NCBI GenBank assembly: GCA_963816355.1
Contig: CAWFKH010000006.1
Span: 64,001 to 128,000 of the forward strand
Direction: 5' to 3'
Length of the DNA stretch: 64,000 bases
Origin: an uncultured Gemmatimonadales bacterium
Lineage (GTDB): Bacteria > Gemmatimonadota > Gemmatimonadetes > Longimicrobiales > RSA9
Shown: positions 29,273 through 39,047 of the stretch, in pieces
Layout: each line of letters opens with the position of its first letter
Numbering within the stretch: the stretch's first letter is position 1
Program-made: the position numbers and the translations under genes
The notes under the pieces: model-generated
What the model was told of the DNA's origin: nothing
Database searches by the model: none
The model's input: the letters and a program-made list of their open reading frames with translations, nothing else

Positions 29273-30925
29273 TTAAGTCCGCGCCCGCCCCCGTCCGCGC
29301 TTAAGTCCGCGCCCGCCCCCCGCCGCGCTTCCGTCCGCCTCCGCCCCCGACCGCGCGCCCGCCAGCGTCCTGATGCCGTAGCCGGTCCACCTCCACGTCG
29401 CGGCGATCAGCAGCGAGAAGATGGGGCCGCCGTAGCAGAAGACCGCCCACGGCGCGTAGCGCACGGTGGGCACGCCGAGCGTCGTCGCCATGAACATCGC
29501 CGACACCGTCCACGGCATCAGCGGCTCGGTGATCGTGACCGAGTCCTCGAGCGAGCGCGACAGGTTCTCCGGCGCCAGCCCGCGCTCGCGATAGGCCCGC
29601 TGGAAGAGGCCGCCGACGACGAGCGCCGTCACGCCGCCGTGGCTCGTGAGCGCGATCATCGTGGCGCCCGACGCCATGGTCGCGCCGATCAGTCCGAACA
29701 CGGAGCGCACCGCGCCGAGCATGCGGTCGATCAGCAGGTCGAGCGCGCCGGAGACATCCATGCCACCCGCGAGCAGGAACGCCGCCAGGATCACCACGAA
29801 CGTGTTCGCCATCTCGTACAGCCCGCCGCGCTCCGTGAGCGTGTGGAACGCGACGCCGAGCGCGCCGGGATCGACGCCCGCGCCGCGCACCATGTCGACG
29901 CGGAAGCCCGCGACCGCAGCGAGCAGCGCGTCGTGGACCGCGAACGACTGCAGCACCACGCCGATCACCGCCGCGACCAGCGACGACGCCGCGATCGCCA
30001 GCGCCGGCGGCACGCGCCGCACGATGCTCCATACCACGATCGCCGGCGGCAGCAGCACGATCCAGCTCAGATGATAGACGGAGCGGATGTCGCGCAGCAG
30101 CACGCGCGCGCTCTCCGGCAGCCCGGGAACGGCAGAGGACGCGGCGCCGGCCGTGGCGGCTCCGGCGCCCGCGGCGGCGCTCAGCTGCGCCGCGCCGCTC
30201 GCACCGGCGCCTAGCTGCGCCGCGCCCTCTCCACCCGCGCCGTGGGCGACGAGCGTGTACACGGCCAGCGACAGCGCGAACGACGGCACCGCGGTGTAGA
30301 GCATGTGCCGGATGTGACGGTAGAGCGGCACGTCGGCGGCGATCGCCGAGATGTTCGTGGAATCCGACAGCGGCGACATCTTGTCGCCGAAGTAGGCGCC
30401 GGAGACGATGGCGCCCGCGGTCACGCCGAGCGGCGCGTGCAGCGCGGCCGCCGTCCCCATCAGCGCCACTCCCACCGTGCCCGCCGACCCCCACGACGTG
30501 CCGGTGAAGAGCGACATCGTCGCGGTCGCGAGAAACGCCGTCAGCACCAGATACTGCGGCCGCACCAGGCGGATCCCCCAGTAGACGAGGTACGGGATCG
30601 TCCCCGAAAAGACCCACGTGGCGATCAGCATGCCGATGCTGAGTAGGATCAGCAGCGCGGGCAGCACCTCCGCGAGCTTCGCCCCGGTCGAGCGCTGGAT
30701 CTCGTCCCAGCCGTGCCCGTGCCGCGCCGCGACGAAGCCGGCCACCGCCGCGGCGCCGAGCAACACCGCGATCAGCAGCTCCGCGCTCACCCCCAGCGTG
30801 GCCGCTCCCGCCGCGAACAGCGCCAGCATCGCCGCGATCGGCAGCAACGCCTCGCCGACTCTGAGCGGCCGCGCCTCGCCGACCCTGAGCGGCCGCGGCT
30901 CGCGCGGGCCTCCCGCGTCGCTCAC
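29273..30925 (-). CDS. NhaC-family transporter (possible methionine/cysteine uptake)
   Basis: TGTSWGSAGTVG, SGAYFGDKMSPLSDST, LSRSLEDS. Confidence 0.9.
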   Translation of the reverse strand: MSDAGGPREPRPLRVGEARPLRVGEALLPIAAMLALFAAGAATLGVSAELLIAVLLGAAAVAGFVAARHGHGWDEIQRSTGAKLAEVLPALLILLSIGMLIATWVFSGTIPYLVYWGIRLVRPQYLVLTAFLATATMSLFTGTSWGSAGTVGVALMGTAAALHAPLGVTAGAIVSGAYFGDKMSPLSDSTNISAIAADVPLYRHIRHMLYTAVPSFALSLAVYTLVAHGAGGEGAAQLGAGASGAAQLSAAAGAGAATAGAASSAVPGLPESARVLLRDIRSVYHLSWIVLLPPAIVVWSIVRRVPPALAIAASSLVAAVIGVVLQSFAVHDALLAAVAGFRVDMVRGAGVDPGALGVAFHTLTERGGLYEMANTFVVILAAFLLAGGMDVSGALDLLIDRMLGAVRSVFGLIGATMASGATMIALTSHGGVTALVVGGLFQRAYRERGLAPENLSRSLEDSVTITEPLMPWTVSAMFMATTLGVPTVRYAPWAVFCYGGPIFSLLIAATWRWTGYGIRTLAGARSGAEADGSAAGGGRGLKRGRGRART

Positions 30926-30977
30926 AATGCCTCCGCCGCCCGCGCCGGTCCCGCCGCGACGACTCCGCCGGCCCGCT

Positions 30978-32234
30978 TCACGCCGACCCCAGCGCGCGGT
31001 ACAGGTCGTGGATCAGCGTGTCCGCGCCCTCGAGCCCGACGGAAAGCCGGATCAGCCCTCGCGGGATACCCTGCGCGTCGAGGGACGACGGGTCGCCGCC
31101 GTGGTTCGGCGACAGCGCGAGGCTCTCCGGCCCGCCCCAGCTCACCCCGAGCCGGATCACGCGCAGCGCGTCGAGCACGTGGCTTACGCCCTCGAAATCG
31201 TCGCGCTCCAGCGCGAAGCTCAGCAGCCCGGAGTATCCGGCGAGCTGCCGATCGACGACGTCGCGCGCCGCAGCGAAGGCAGGGTGGAACACCTCGCGCA
31301 CGGCCGGATGCGAGCGCAGGAACTCCGCCACCGACAGCGCGTCCTCCCCGTGCTGCCGCAGGCGCGCCGGCAGCGTCTTCAGCCCGCGCAGCAGCAGCCA
31401 CGCGTCGAACGGCGCCAGCACGCCGCCGTGCAGCATGTACGGGCCGTGGAAGAGCTCCTCGATCCGCGCCGCCGTGCTCACGACCGCGCCCGCCATCAGG
31501 TCGCTGTGGCCCGCCAGGTACTTGGAGGCGCTGTGTACGACGACGTCGACGCCGAGCGCGAGCGGCTTCTGCAGCAGCGGCGTCGCCCAGCTGTTGTCAA
31601 GGCAAGTCAGAATCCCGCGCCCGCGCGCGAGCGACGCGAGCGCCGGCACGTCGAGCACGCCGAAGAGCATCGTCCCCGGGCTCTCCAGCCAGAGCAGCCG
31701 CGTCGTCGGTCGCAGCGTCCGTTCGACCGTCTCCGGCCGGCCGTCCAGCACCACGTCGTGCTCGATGCCGAAGCGCCGCATGTGCGCCGCCAGCTCGAGC
31801 GTCGGGCCGTAGACGTGGTTGACGAAGACGACGTGATCGCCGGCGCGCAGAAACCCCAGCAGCACCGCGCTGATCGCCGCCATCCCGGAGCCGAAACAGA
31901 GGCACGCCTCGCCGCGCTCGAGCGCTGCAAGCTTCCGCTCCGCTGCCGCCACCGTCGGGTTCCGCCCGCGCGAGTACACCGCCCTCTGCCGCTCCGCTCC
32001 CAGCCCCGCGACGAGCGATGCGAAGTCCGGAAACGTAAAGAGCGCCGACTGCTCGATCGGCATGGAGATCGGCGTGGAGATCGGCGTGGAGCCCGGCGTC
32101 GAGGCCGGCGTGGAGCCCAGCGTCGAGATCGGCGTCGAGCCCCGATCCGCGGCCGTGTCGCGGGCGCCAGGATCGGCTGCAGGTTCGAGGGTGTCCGCGG
32201 AAGCGCAGAGCGCGATGTCGGCGGGATCGATCAT
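30978..32234 (-). CDS. PLP-dependent Cys/Met metabolism enzyme (cystathionine/methionine lyase family)
   Basis: YSRGRNPT, FGSGMAAI, DNSWATP, HSASKYLAGHSD; start inferred. Confidence 0.9.
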   Translation of the reverse strand: MIDPADIALCASADTLEPAADPGARDTAADRGSTPISTLGSTPASTPGSTPISTPISMPIEQSALFTFPDFASLVAGLGAERQRAVYSRGRNPTVAAAERKLAALERGEACLCFGSGMAAISAVLLGFLRAGDHVVFVNHVYGPTLELAAHMRRFGIEHDVVLDGRPETVERTLRPTTRLLWLESPGTMLFGVLDVPALASLARGRGILTCLDNSWATPLLQKPLALGVDVVVHSASKYLAGHSDLMAGAVVSTAARIEELFHGPYMLHGGVLAPFDAWLLLRGLKTLPARLRQHGEDALSVAEFLRSHPAVREVFHPAFAAARDVVDRQLAGYSGLLSFALERDDFEGVSHVLDALRVIRLGVSWGGPESLALSPNHGGDPSSLDAQGIPRGLIRLSVGLEGADTLIHDLYRALGSA

Positions 32235-32532
32235 CCGCGGAAGCTCCACGGGTGCGGGCGCGGAGTCAAGCAATTCCCGCGGCGGCGGGCCGCGAAGGCT
32301 GCTCGCAAGCCACGGCGATGCCGGGTCGAGGTGGGCGCACCCAGCAGCGCAGCGCTGCCGGCGGCGGGAGCGCCAGGACGAGGGCGGAGGGCCGCGACGG
32401 CGGGCGGGCGGGCCGCGACGGCGGCGGGCAGGCCGCGACGGCCGCGGGCGGGCTGCGACGGCGGCGGGCAGGCCGCGACGGCGGGCGGCGCCCCCCCGGA
32501 AGGGACCCGCACCCTTCCTCGGGACACCGTCT

Positions 32533-32642
32533 GGCTCTGTTCGCAAGAAGTGTTGGTCCCAACGGGAGAGCCCGGTCGGCGCGTCGCAGCGCCTTGCAGC
32601 ACATTCACTTGCGAAACACCAACACTTTCCGCGAACAGAGCC
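32533..32642. mobile_element. 110-bp MITE-like element with 25-bp terminal inverted repeats
   Basis: ggctctgttcgcaagaagtgttggt ... accaacactttccgcgaacagagcc (22/25 match); lower GC than flanks; no TSD seen. Confidence 0.55.
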
Positions 32643-32828
32643 CCACGGGTTCGGAGCGCATGGGACGTCCCTCGATCGTGGCGTCCGCCGCCGCCCGCGG
32701 AGATCCTGCCAGAATGGCACCCATACTTCCGCAGAACCGAGCGCCACGGCGACGCGCGTGCGAGGCATCGCTCCGGTCATCGCATGCGCCCGCGCTTGCC
32801 CGCCGCTGCGCGCTGCGCCCATTTTGCC

Positions 32829-33725
32829 ATGTTGATCCGGCCACGCATCTTCCTCCAGCCGTCAGCGCCCTTGATCGAGGTTCGCGGGCTCCGCTACGCC
32901 TATCCAGGCGCCGCCGACGAGGCTCTGCGCGGCCTCGATTTCGAGGTCGGTGCGGGGGAGATCTTCGGCTTTCTCGGGCCGTCGGGAGCCGGGAAGTCGA
33001 CGACGCAGAGCGTGCTCACCGGTCTCCTACACGGCTGGACCGGCGAGGTCCGCGTCTTCGGTGCGCCGCCGGCGGCGCACGGCCGCGGCTTCTACGACCG
33101 GATCGGGGTGTCCTTCGAGGTGCCGAACGTCTACGCCCGTCTCACCGGGCGAGAGAACCTTGAGTTTTTCGCCTCGCTCCACGGTCGCCGCGCGACGGCG
33201 CCCGAACGACTCCTCACGCTCGTCGGCCTCGGGGCCGCCGCGGACCGGCGCGTCGCCGCCTACTCGCGTGGGATGCGGATGCGCCTCAACTTCTGTCGCG
33301 CGCTGCTGCACGACCCGGAGCTTCTCTTCCTCGACGAGCCGACGGGGGGGCAGGATCCGGAGAACGCGCGTCGCATCAAGGAGATCGTGCGCGCTCGACG
33401 GGCCGCGGGCGCCACGGTCCTTCTCACCACGCACGACATGACGCTTGCCACGGAATTGTGCGACCGCGTCGCGTTCATCGTCGACGGCCGCATCGCGGCG
33501 CTCGACACGCCGCGCGCGTTCATGGTCGCTCACGGGAAGCGAACGCTGCGCGTCGCGTACCGCCGCGGCGGCGTCCTCGCGACCGCGGAGTTCGAGCTCG
33601 ACGGCCTCGCCGAGAACGCCGCATTCCTCGCGCTGATCCGGGAGGAGCGCCTCGAGACGATGCACACGCTGGACGCCACGCTCGAGGACGTCTTCGTTGC
33701 CGTGACCGGCAGGCGGCTCGCATGA
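32829..33725 (+). CDS. ABC transporter ATP-binding protein (fluoroquinolone-export type)
   Basis: GPSGAGKST, YSRGM, LFLDEPT. Confidence 0.9.
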   Translation: MLIRPRIFLQPSAPLIEVRGLRYAYPGAADEALRGLDFEVGAGEIFGFLGPSGAGKSTTQSVLTGLLHGWTGEVRVFGAPPAAHGRGFYDRIGVSFEVPNVYARLTGRENLEFFASLHGRRATAPERLLTLVGLGAAADRRVAAYSRGMRMRLNFCRALLHDPELLFLDEPTGGQDPENARRIKEIVRARRAAGATVLLTTHDMTLATELCDRVAFIVDGRIAALDTPRAFMVAHGKRTLRVAYRRGGVLATAEFELDGLAENAAFLALIREERLETMHTLDATLEDVFVAVTGRRLA

Positions 33726-34411
33726 CGAGCGGCCTCGCGCTGCTGCGCAACGACCTGCGGCTGCAGCTGCGCCACGGGCTCTACGGCGCCTACGCCTTCG
33801 TTGCGGTCGCCTACATCGTCCTGCTGCGCGCGCTGCCTACCGCCACGCGCGCGCTCGCGTTGCCGCCGCTGCTGCTCACGGAGTGCTCGGTGATCGGCTT
33901 CTTCTTCGCGGGCACGCTGCTGCTGCTCGAGCGCGGCAATGGCACGCTCGACGCGCTCGCCGTGACGCCGCTCACGCCGGCCATCTACATCGCGTCGAAG
34001 ATGGTGACGCTCGCGACGCTGACCTGCCTCACCGCGCTCGCCGTGACACTCGCGACGGCCCCGTTCGGCGTGCACGCGATCGAGCTCACCGTCGCCGCGG
34101 CGCTGACGTCCGCGGTCTTCACGGCGCTGGGCGTGGCGTTCGCGGCGCGCGCGTCGTCGCTCGAACGGTTCGTCCTGCTCGGCGGCCTCTTCAGTGCGCT
34201 GCTCGCGCTGCCGGTGCTTCCGTATTTGGGGGTGCTGCCGTCGCCGCTGTGGGTGCTCGTGCCGACGCAGCCGGCGCTCCTTCTCTTCGCCGACGCCGTC
34301 GGCTTCTTCTGTCTGGCGCGCGCGGGGCCGCCGCTGTTCGCCGCGCTGCTGGCCGCGTGGGCGGTGCCGGCCTTCCTGCTGGCGCGGCGCGCGATCGAGC
34401 GGCCGGAATGA
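33722..34411 (+). CDS. ABC transporter permease
   Basis: Hydrophobic; LLLERG..TLDALAVTP..YIASK. Confidence 0.82.
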   Translation: MTSGLALLRNDLRLQLRHGLYGAYAFVAVAYIVLLRALPTATRALALPPLLLTECSVIGFFFAGTLLLLERGNGTLDALAVTPLTPAIYIASKMVTLATLTCLTALAVTLATAPFGVHAIELTVAAALTSAVFTALGVAFAARASSLERFVLLGGLFSALLALPVLPYLGVLPSPLWVLVPTQPALLLFADAVGFFCLARAGPPLFAALLAAWAVPAFLLARRAIERPE

Positions 34412-35184
34412 GACCGGCGCGCGCACCGATCCGGCTCCTCGCCGCCGTGCGCCGCCGCGCGCTCGAGCTCCGCGTCGCCGACTTCCGGCGCCTCACGCGC
34501 GATCCGCTCCTCTCCGACCTGCGCCGCTTCGCGCGCGACCCGATCCTCGTCGCGCTCGCCGTCGTGCCGCCGGCCCTGGCGCTCGCGCTCCGCTTCGCGA
34601 TGCCGCGCCTCGCGCCGCTGCTGCCGGCGCCGCCCGGCGTTGTTGCGACGACCGCGGCGGCTGCGCTTCTCCTGATCACGCCGATGCTCTTCGGATTCGT
34701 CGCGGCGCTGCTGCTTCTCGACGAGCGGGACGAGGGCGTGCTGGCCGCCGTCGCCGTGACGCCGGTCGGCAAGCGCGGCTTCCTCGCCTACCGCATGGTC
34801 GCGCCGGCGGCGTGGACCGCCGGCGCGAGCGTGGTCGTGCTGCGCGTCGCCGGCCTGGCCGACGTCGGCGAGACGCGCCTCGTCGCGCTCGCGCTGCTCG
34901 CCGGTATGGAGGCGCCGCTGCTCGCGCTGTTCGTCGGCGCGTTCGCGCCCTCGAAAATCGAGGGGATGGCGCTGGCGAAGGTGGGGAGCGTGCTGATCGG
35001 CGTCGGCGCCCTCGCGGTACTCGCGCCATGGCCGCTGCAGGCGCTCGCGTCGCCGAGCCCGCACTACTGGCTCGTGCGCGTGCTGGTCGGCTCCGGCGCG
35101 GCGCTGACCGTCGTGGCCGCGTTCGTCGTCCACGCCGCGGCGCTCGCGATCCTCGCGTGGCGGTTCGGCCGGCGCGTGGGCTGA
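34408..35184 (+). CDS. ABC transporter permease
   Basis: LLLDERDEG..AVTP, SKIEGMALAK. Confidence 0.82.
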   Translation: MRPARAPIRLLAAVRRRALELRVADFRRLTRDPLLSDLRRFARDPILVALAVVPPALALALRFAMPRLAPLLPAPPGVVATTAAAALLLITPMLFGFVAALLLLDERDEGVLAAVAVTPVGKRGFLAYRMVAPAAWTAGASVVVLRVAGLADVGETRLVALALLAGMEAPLLALFVGAFAPSKIEGMALAKVGSVLIGVGALAVLAPWPLQALASPSPHYWLVRVLVGSGAALTVVAAFVVHAAALAILAWRFGRRVG

Positions 35185-35267
35185 GGCGGGCCGGCGCGTG
35201 CGACGAGGCGGGCGGGCGCGTGCGGCGAGGCGGGCCGGCGCGTGCGGCGGGGCGGGCGCGGCGCTCC

Positions 35268-35753
35268 TCAGACGGGCGACAGCCGCCAGCGCGCCGTCAC
35301 GCGCGCCACGACCTCGCCGGCGGCGTCGCGCAGCACGGCGGAAACGTCGTGGTCGACGCCGTCCCCGACGTCGGGCGCGACGCACGCGCACTCCGCCTCG
35401 ATCGGTCCTCGGGCCTTGCGCGCGAACTCGATCGAGAGGGCGGTCGGAATGCCTCGCACGCCGGGCGGCAGCGCGGCGGTCAGTGCGAGGCCGGTGGTCA
35501 GCTCGCCGAGGTTGGTGAGCGCGATCGCGTGCAGAGAGCCGAGGTGGTTGCGCAGCCGAGGCCGGTCCGGCATGCGCACGCGCGCCCGCCCCGGCTCCAG
35601 CTCGAGCACGGTCGGCGCGATGGTGCCGCTGTAGGGCGCCATGCGGCCCACGAGCCAGCCGAAGACGCGGCCGCCCAGCGGCCAGCGACGCACCCGCCGC
35701 CATGTCGCCAGCAGCCGCGCGCCGGCGGCCGCGGGATCCAACGACTCCGCCAT
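35268..35753 (-). CDS. Hotdog-fold thioesterase (DUF4442/PaaI-like)
   Basis: APYSGTI, RNHLGSLHAIAL. Confidence 0.85.
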   Translation of the reverse strand: MAESLDPAAAGARLLATWRRVRRWPLGGRVFGWLVGRMAPYSGTIAPTVLELEPGRARVRMPDRPRLRNHLGSLHAIALTNLGELTTGLALTAALPPGVRGIPTALSIEFARKARGPIEAECACVAPDVGDGVDHDVSAVLRDAAGEVVARVTARWRLSPV

Positions 35754-35877
35754 CGTCGCCTCCGCCGGAGGATCACCAGGGTGCCGCGGCGAACCGCTCC
35801 CGCGCCCGAATCTACGCGTTGCGCCTGGCCGCCGCAGCGGCGCGCAGCTCGCCACGCCGGCGCCCCCGAATCACCCC

Positions 35878-35904
35878 TGTCGATTTCGCGAGTGCCCGTT
35901 CGTC
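35878..35904 (+). promoter_or_regulatory. ECF42-type promoter
   Basis: TGTCGA-N17-CGTC upstream of a DGPF/YciI gene, the known ECF42 target class. Confidence 0.6.
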
Positions 35905-35983
35905 GCCATGATGGAGGCGGGGCGCACGCGCCGGCCGCGAGCAGCCGGAACCCGCCCCCGGAACCCCGTACCGAGGAGACACG

Positions 35984-36409
35984 ATGCGTTTCATGGTGAT
36001 CGTCAAGGCGACCCCCGAGAGCGAAGCCGGCGTGTTGCCGAGCGAGGAGATGCTGACCAGGATGGGCAAGTTCAACGAGAAGCTGGCCGACGCCGGAGTC
36101 ATGCTCGCGGGCGAGGGGCTGCATCCGACGTCGCGCGGCGCGCGCATCCGCTTCTCCGGCGGCGAGCGCGCCGTCATCGACGGCCCCTTCACCGAGTCGA
36201 AGGAGCTGATCGCCGGCTTCTGGCTCATCGACGTGCGCTCCAGGGAGGAGGCGATCGAGTGGTTCAAGCGCGCGCCGATGGAGGACGGCGACGAGCTCGA
36301 GCTGCGCCAGGTCTTCGAAGCCGACGACTTCGGCGAGGCGTTCACCCCGGAGCTGCGCGAACAGGAGGAGCGCCTGCGCGCGCAGGCGGCGGAGCGGCAG
36401 GGCTCGTGA
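35984..36409 (+). CDS. YciI/DGPF family protein
   Basis: AGEGLHPTS, VIDGPFTESKELIAGFW. Confidence 0.92.
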   Translation: MRFMVIVKATPESEAGVLPSEEMLTRMGKFNEKLADAGVMLAGEGLHPTSRGARIRFSGGERAVIDGPFTESKELIAGFWLIDVRSREEAIEWFKRAPMEDGDELELRQVFEADDFGEAFTPELREQEERLRAQAAERQGS

Positions 36410-36590
36410 GGCCCGGGCGCGCCGGCGAAGCGGCAGGGCGGGTGAGGGGTGCGCGACGTCGCAGCGGCGCCGTCGTCGCGAAACCCCTACCGCCGGGAGG
36501 GGCGACGATGCGATTCTCATTCACCGCCGCCGTCGCGGACGGCGGTCTCACGCACCGCGTCGGGGGCGGCCCCGGGAAAGGCGATGACGC

Positions 36591-37706
36591 ATGAGTGGCG
36601 TTCGAGTGCTGGTCGGCACGCGCAAGGGGGCGTTCGTCCTGACGGCGGACGGCACGCGGCGGAGTTGGTCCGTCGACGGCCCCCACTTCGGCGGCTGGGA
36701 GATCTACCACGCGAAGGGATCGCCGACCGACCCGGACCGCATCTACCTCTCCCAGTCGACCGGCTGGTTCGGCCAGCTCATCCAGCGCTCCGACGACGGC
36801 GGCCGCACGTGGGAGGCGGTCGGCAACGAGTTCGCCTACGACGGCGTGCCCGGCACGCACCAGTGGTACGACGGCACGCCGCACCCGTGGGAGTTCAAAC
36901 GAGTCTGGCACCTCGAGCCCTCGCCCCACGACCCGGACACCGTGTACGCGGGCGTCGAGGACGCCGCCCTCTTCCGCTCCACCGATGGCGGCGCCACGTG
37001 GCACGAGCTCGCCGGCCTGCGCGGCCACGGCTCCGGCCCGCGCTGGCAGCCCGGCGCGGGCGGGCTCTGCCTGCACACGATCCTGCTCCACCCGACGGAC
37101 CCGGACCGCATCTTCATCGCCATCTCCGCCGCCGGCGCGTTCCGCAGCGACGACGGCGGCGCGTCGTGGCGCCCGATCAACCAGGGCCTGAGCTCACAGT
37201 ACATCCCGGACCCGACCGCCGACGTAGGCCACTGCGTGCACCGCATCGCGCTCCACCCCTCGCGCCCCGACGTCCTCTTCATGCAGAAGCACTGGGACGT
37301 GATGCGCAGCGACGACGCCGGCGACCACTGGCACGAAGTGAGCGGCAACCTGCCCAGCGACTTCGGGTTCCCGATCCAGGTCCACGCCCACGAGCCGGAG
37401 ACCGTCTACGTGGTGCCGATCAAGAGCGACTCCGAGCACTACCCGCCCGACGCCCGCCTGCGCGTCTACCGCTCCCGCACCGGCGGCGACGAGTGGGCGG
37501 CGCTCACCACCGGTCTGCCGCAGGAGAACTGCTACGTCAACGTGCTGCGCGACGCGATGGCCGTCGACACGCTCGACGAGTGCGGCGTCTACTTCGGCAC
37601 CACCGGCGGCCAGGTCTACGGCTCCGCCGACGGCGGCGACTCCTGGACCGCGATCGTGCGCGACCTGCCGTCCGTCCTCTCCGTCGAGGTCCAGACGCTG
37701 CCATGA
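36591..37706 (+). CDS. BNR/Asp-box beta-propeller protein
   Basis: VGTRKG and several SxDGGxTW Asp boxes. Confidence 0.9.
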   Translation: MSGVRVLVGTRKGAFVLTADGTRRSWSVDGPHFGGWEIYHAKGSPTDPDRIYLSQSTGWFGQLIQRSDDGGRTWEAVGNEFAYDGVPGTHQWYDGTPHPWEFKRVWHLEPSPHDPDTVYAGVEDAALFRSTDGGATWHELAGLRGHGSGPRWQPGAGGLCLHTILLHPTDPDRIFIAISAAGAFRSDDGGASWRPINQGLSSQYIPDPTADVGHCVHRIALHPSRPDVLFMQKHWDVMRSDDAGDHWHEVSGNLPSDFGFPIQVHAHEPETVYVVPIKSDSEHYPPDARLRVYRSRTGGDEWAALTTGLPQENCYVNVLRDAMAVDTLDECGVYFGTTGGQVYGSADGGDSWTAIVRDLPSVLSVEVQTLP

Positions 37707-38023
37707 GAGCCACGGAATCCGCCGCATCGGTGCGCCTCGTCCTGCCGCCCCACCTTCGCACCCTCGCCCGCGTCGGCAGCGAGGTCGAGATCGAGGTGGA
37801 GGGCGCGGTCACGCAGCGCGCTGTCCTCGACGCCCTCGAAACCCGCTTCCCCGTGCTGCGCGGCACGATCCGCGACCACGTCACGCTGCGGCGCCGCGAC
37901 TTCGTCCGCTTCTTCGCGTGCGAGGAGGACCTCTCCCACGAGAGCGCGGACGCGCCGCTGCCGGCGGCGGTCGCCGAAGGCAGGGAGCCGTTCGTCGTGC
38001 TCGGCGCGCTTGCCGGCGGGTGA
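37703..38023 (+). CDS. MoaD/ThiS ubiquitin-like protein
   Basis: [10 protein letters not shown]-terminal ALAGG; ATGA overlap. Confidence 0.88.
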   Translation: MRATESAASVRLVLPPHLRTLARVGSEVEIEVEGAVTQRAVLDALETRFPVLRGTIRDHVTLRRRDFVRFFACEEDLSHESADAPLPAAVAEGREPFVVLGALAGG

Positions 38024-38027
38024 GTAC

Positions 38028-38317
38028 GACCGAACTGCGGGACCGAAACTGCGGGACGGAATTGCGGGACCGAACTGCGGGACGGGACTGCGGGACCGAA
38101 CTGCGGGACGGGTCCAACAGCGGACGGCGGGGACCCGCGGGCGCGAGCATCACCGTATCCCCTCGGTGCCCCCCCTCGACCACGAACCCACGACCCTCCC
38201 GCGGTTCAATCCCGCGGTTCAATCCCGCGGTTCAATCCCGCGGTCCAATCCCGCGGTCCAATCCCGCGGTCCAATCCCGCAGTTCAATCCCGCGGTCCAA
38301 TCCCGCGGTCCAATCCC
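38028..38317. repeat. Opposed 13-bp tandem arrays, copy 2
   Basis: About 6x gaactgcgggacc variants (38030-38110), then about 9x tcccgcggtycaa (38197-38317). Confidence 0.9.
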
Positions 38318-38337
38318 AACCCTCACCCCCCACGCCC

Positions 38338-38919
38338 ATGCTTCAACGCCTGATGTTCACCCTCATGTACCGCTTCGGCTTCACGCCCTGGGACGGCCAT
38401 CCCCTCCCGTCCCGCCTGCGCGTCGCCGCCGACGCTCCGGCGAAGGGCCGCGCGCTCGATCTGGGCTGCGGCACCGGCGACACGGCGATCCACCTGGCGA
38501 AGCACGGCTGGGAGGTGACCGGCGTGGACTTCGTGGAGCGCGCGCTGGACCGCGCCCGCGCGAAGTCGGAGGCCGCCGGCGTCGACGTTCGCTTCGTCCG
38601 TGCCGACGTCGCTCGCCTGCCGGAGGCCGGCGTGGGTGACGGCTTCCGCCTCGTCGTCGACAGCGGCCTGCTGCACGGCCTCTCCGACGAGGCGCGCGAC
38701 GCCTACGTCGGCCACGTAACCGCCGCCGCCGCTCCCGGCGCCACGATGATCCTCGGTGCCTTCCCCACCGGCGGCAAGGGCGGCCCGCGCGGCATCGACC
38801 GCGCCGAGGTCGGGCGCCGCTTCGCGGACGGCTGGGACCTCGTCGGCGCCGGGACGGAGGAGGGGATCTCGCGAGGCGATGCGCGCGCAATCGTCGTCTA
38901 CGAGCTGCGCCGGAAGTAG
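38338..38919 (+). CDS. Class I SAM-dependent methyltransferase (TPMT-like)
   Basis: TPWD, ALDLGCGTG, VTGVDF. Confidence 0.88.
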   Translation: MLQRLMFTLMYRFGFTPWDGHPLPSRLRVAADAPAKGRALDLGCGTGDTAIHLAKHGWEVTGVDFVERALDRARAKSEAAGVDVRFVRADVARLPEAGVGDGFRLVVDSGLLHGLSDEARDAYVGHVTAAAAPGATMILGAFPTGGKGGPRGIDRAEVGRRFADGWDLVGAGTEEGISRGDARAIVVYELRRK

Positions 38920-38922
38920 GGC

Positions 38923-39021
38923 CTACTCGTAGCGCAGCGCCTGCATCGGATCGGTGCGCAAGGCGCGCCGCCCCGGCACGCAGCCGGCGAACACGAGTGT
39001 TCCGACCCGTCGCAGGATCAT
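38923..39021 (-). pseudogene. C-terminal remnant of a MacB/FtsX (ADOP-type) ABC permease
   Basis: Encodes ...VFAGCVPGRRALRTDPMQALRYE*, the typical family terminus. Confidence 0.7.
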
Positions 39022-39047
39022 GCGCCGCACCTGTGCGGCGTCCGCGC

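Noticed and set aside
32235..32828. SAM riboswitch upstream of the Cys/Met lyase
   Set aside because: No SAM-I or SAM-II consensus recognisable; region is tandem repeat plus MITE-like element
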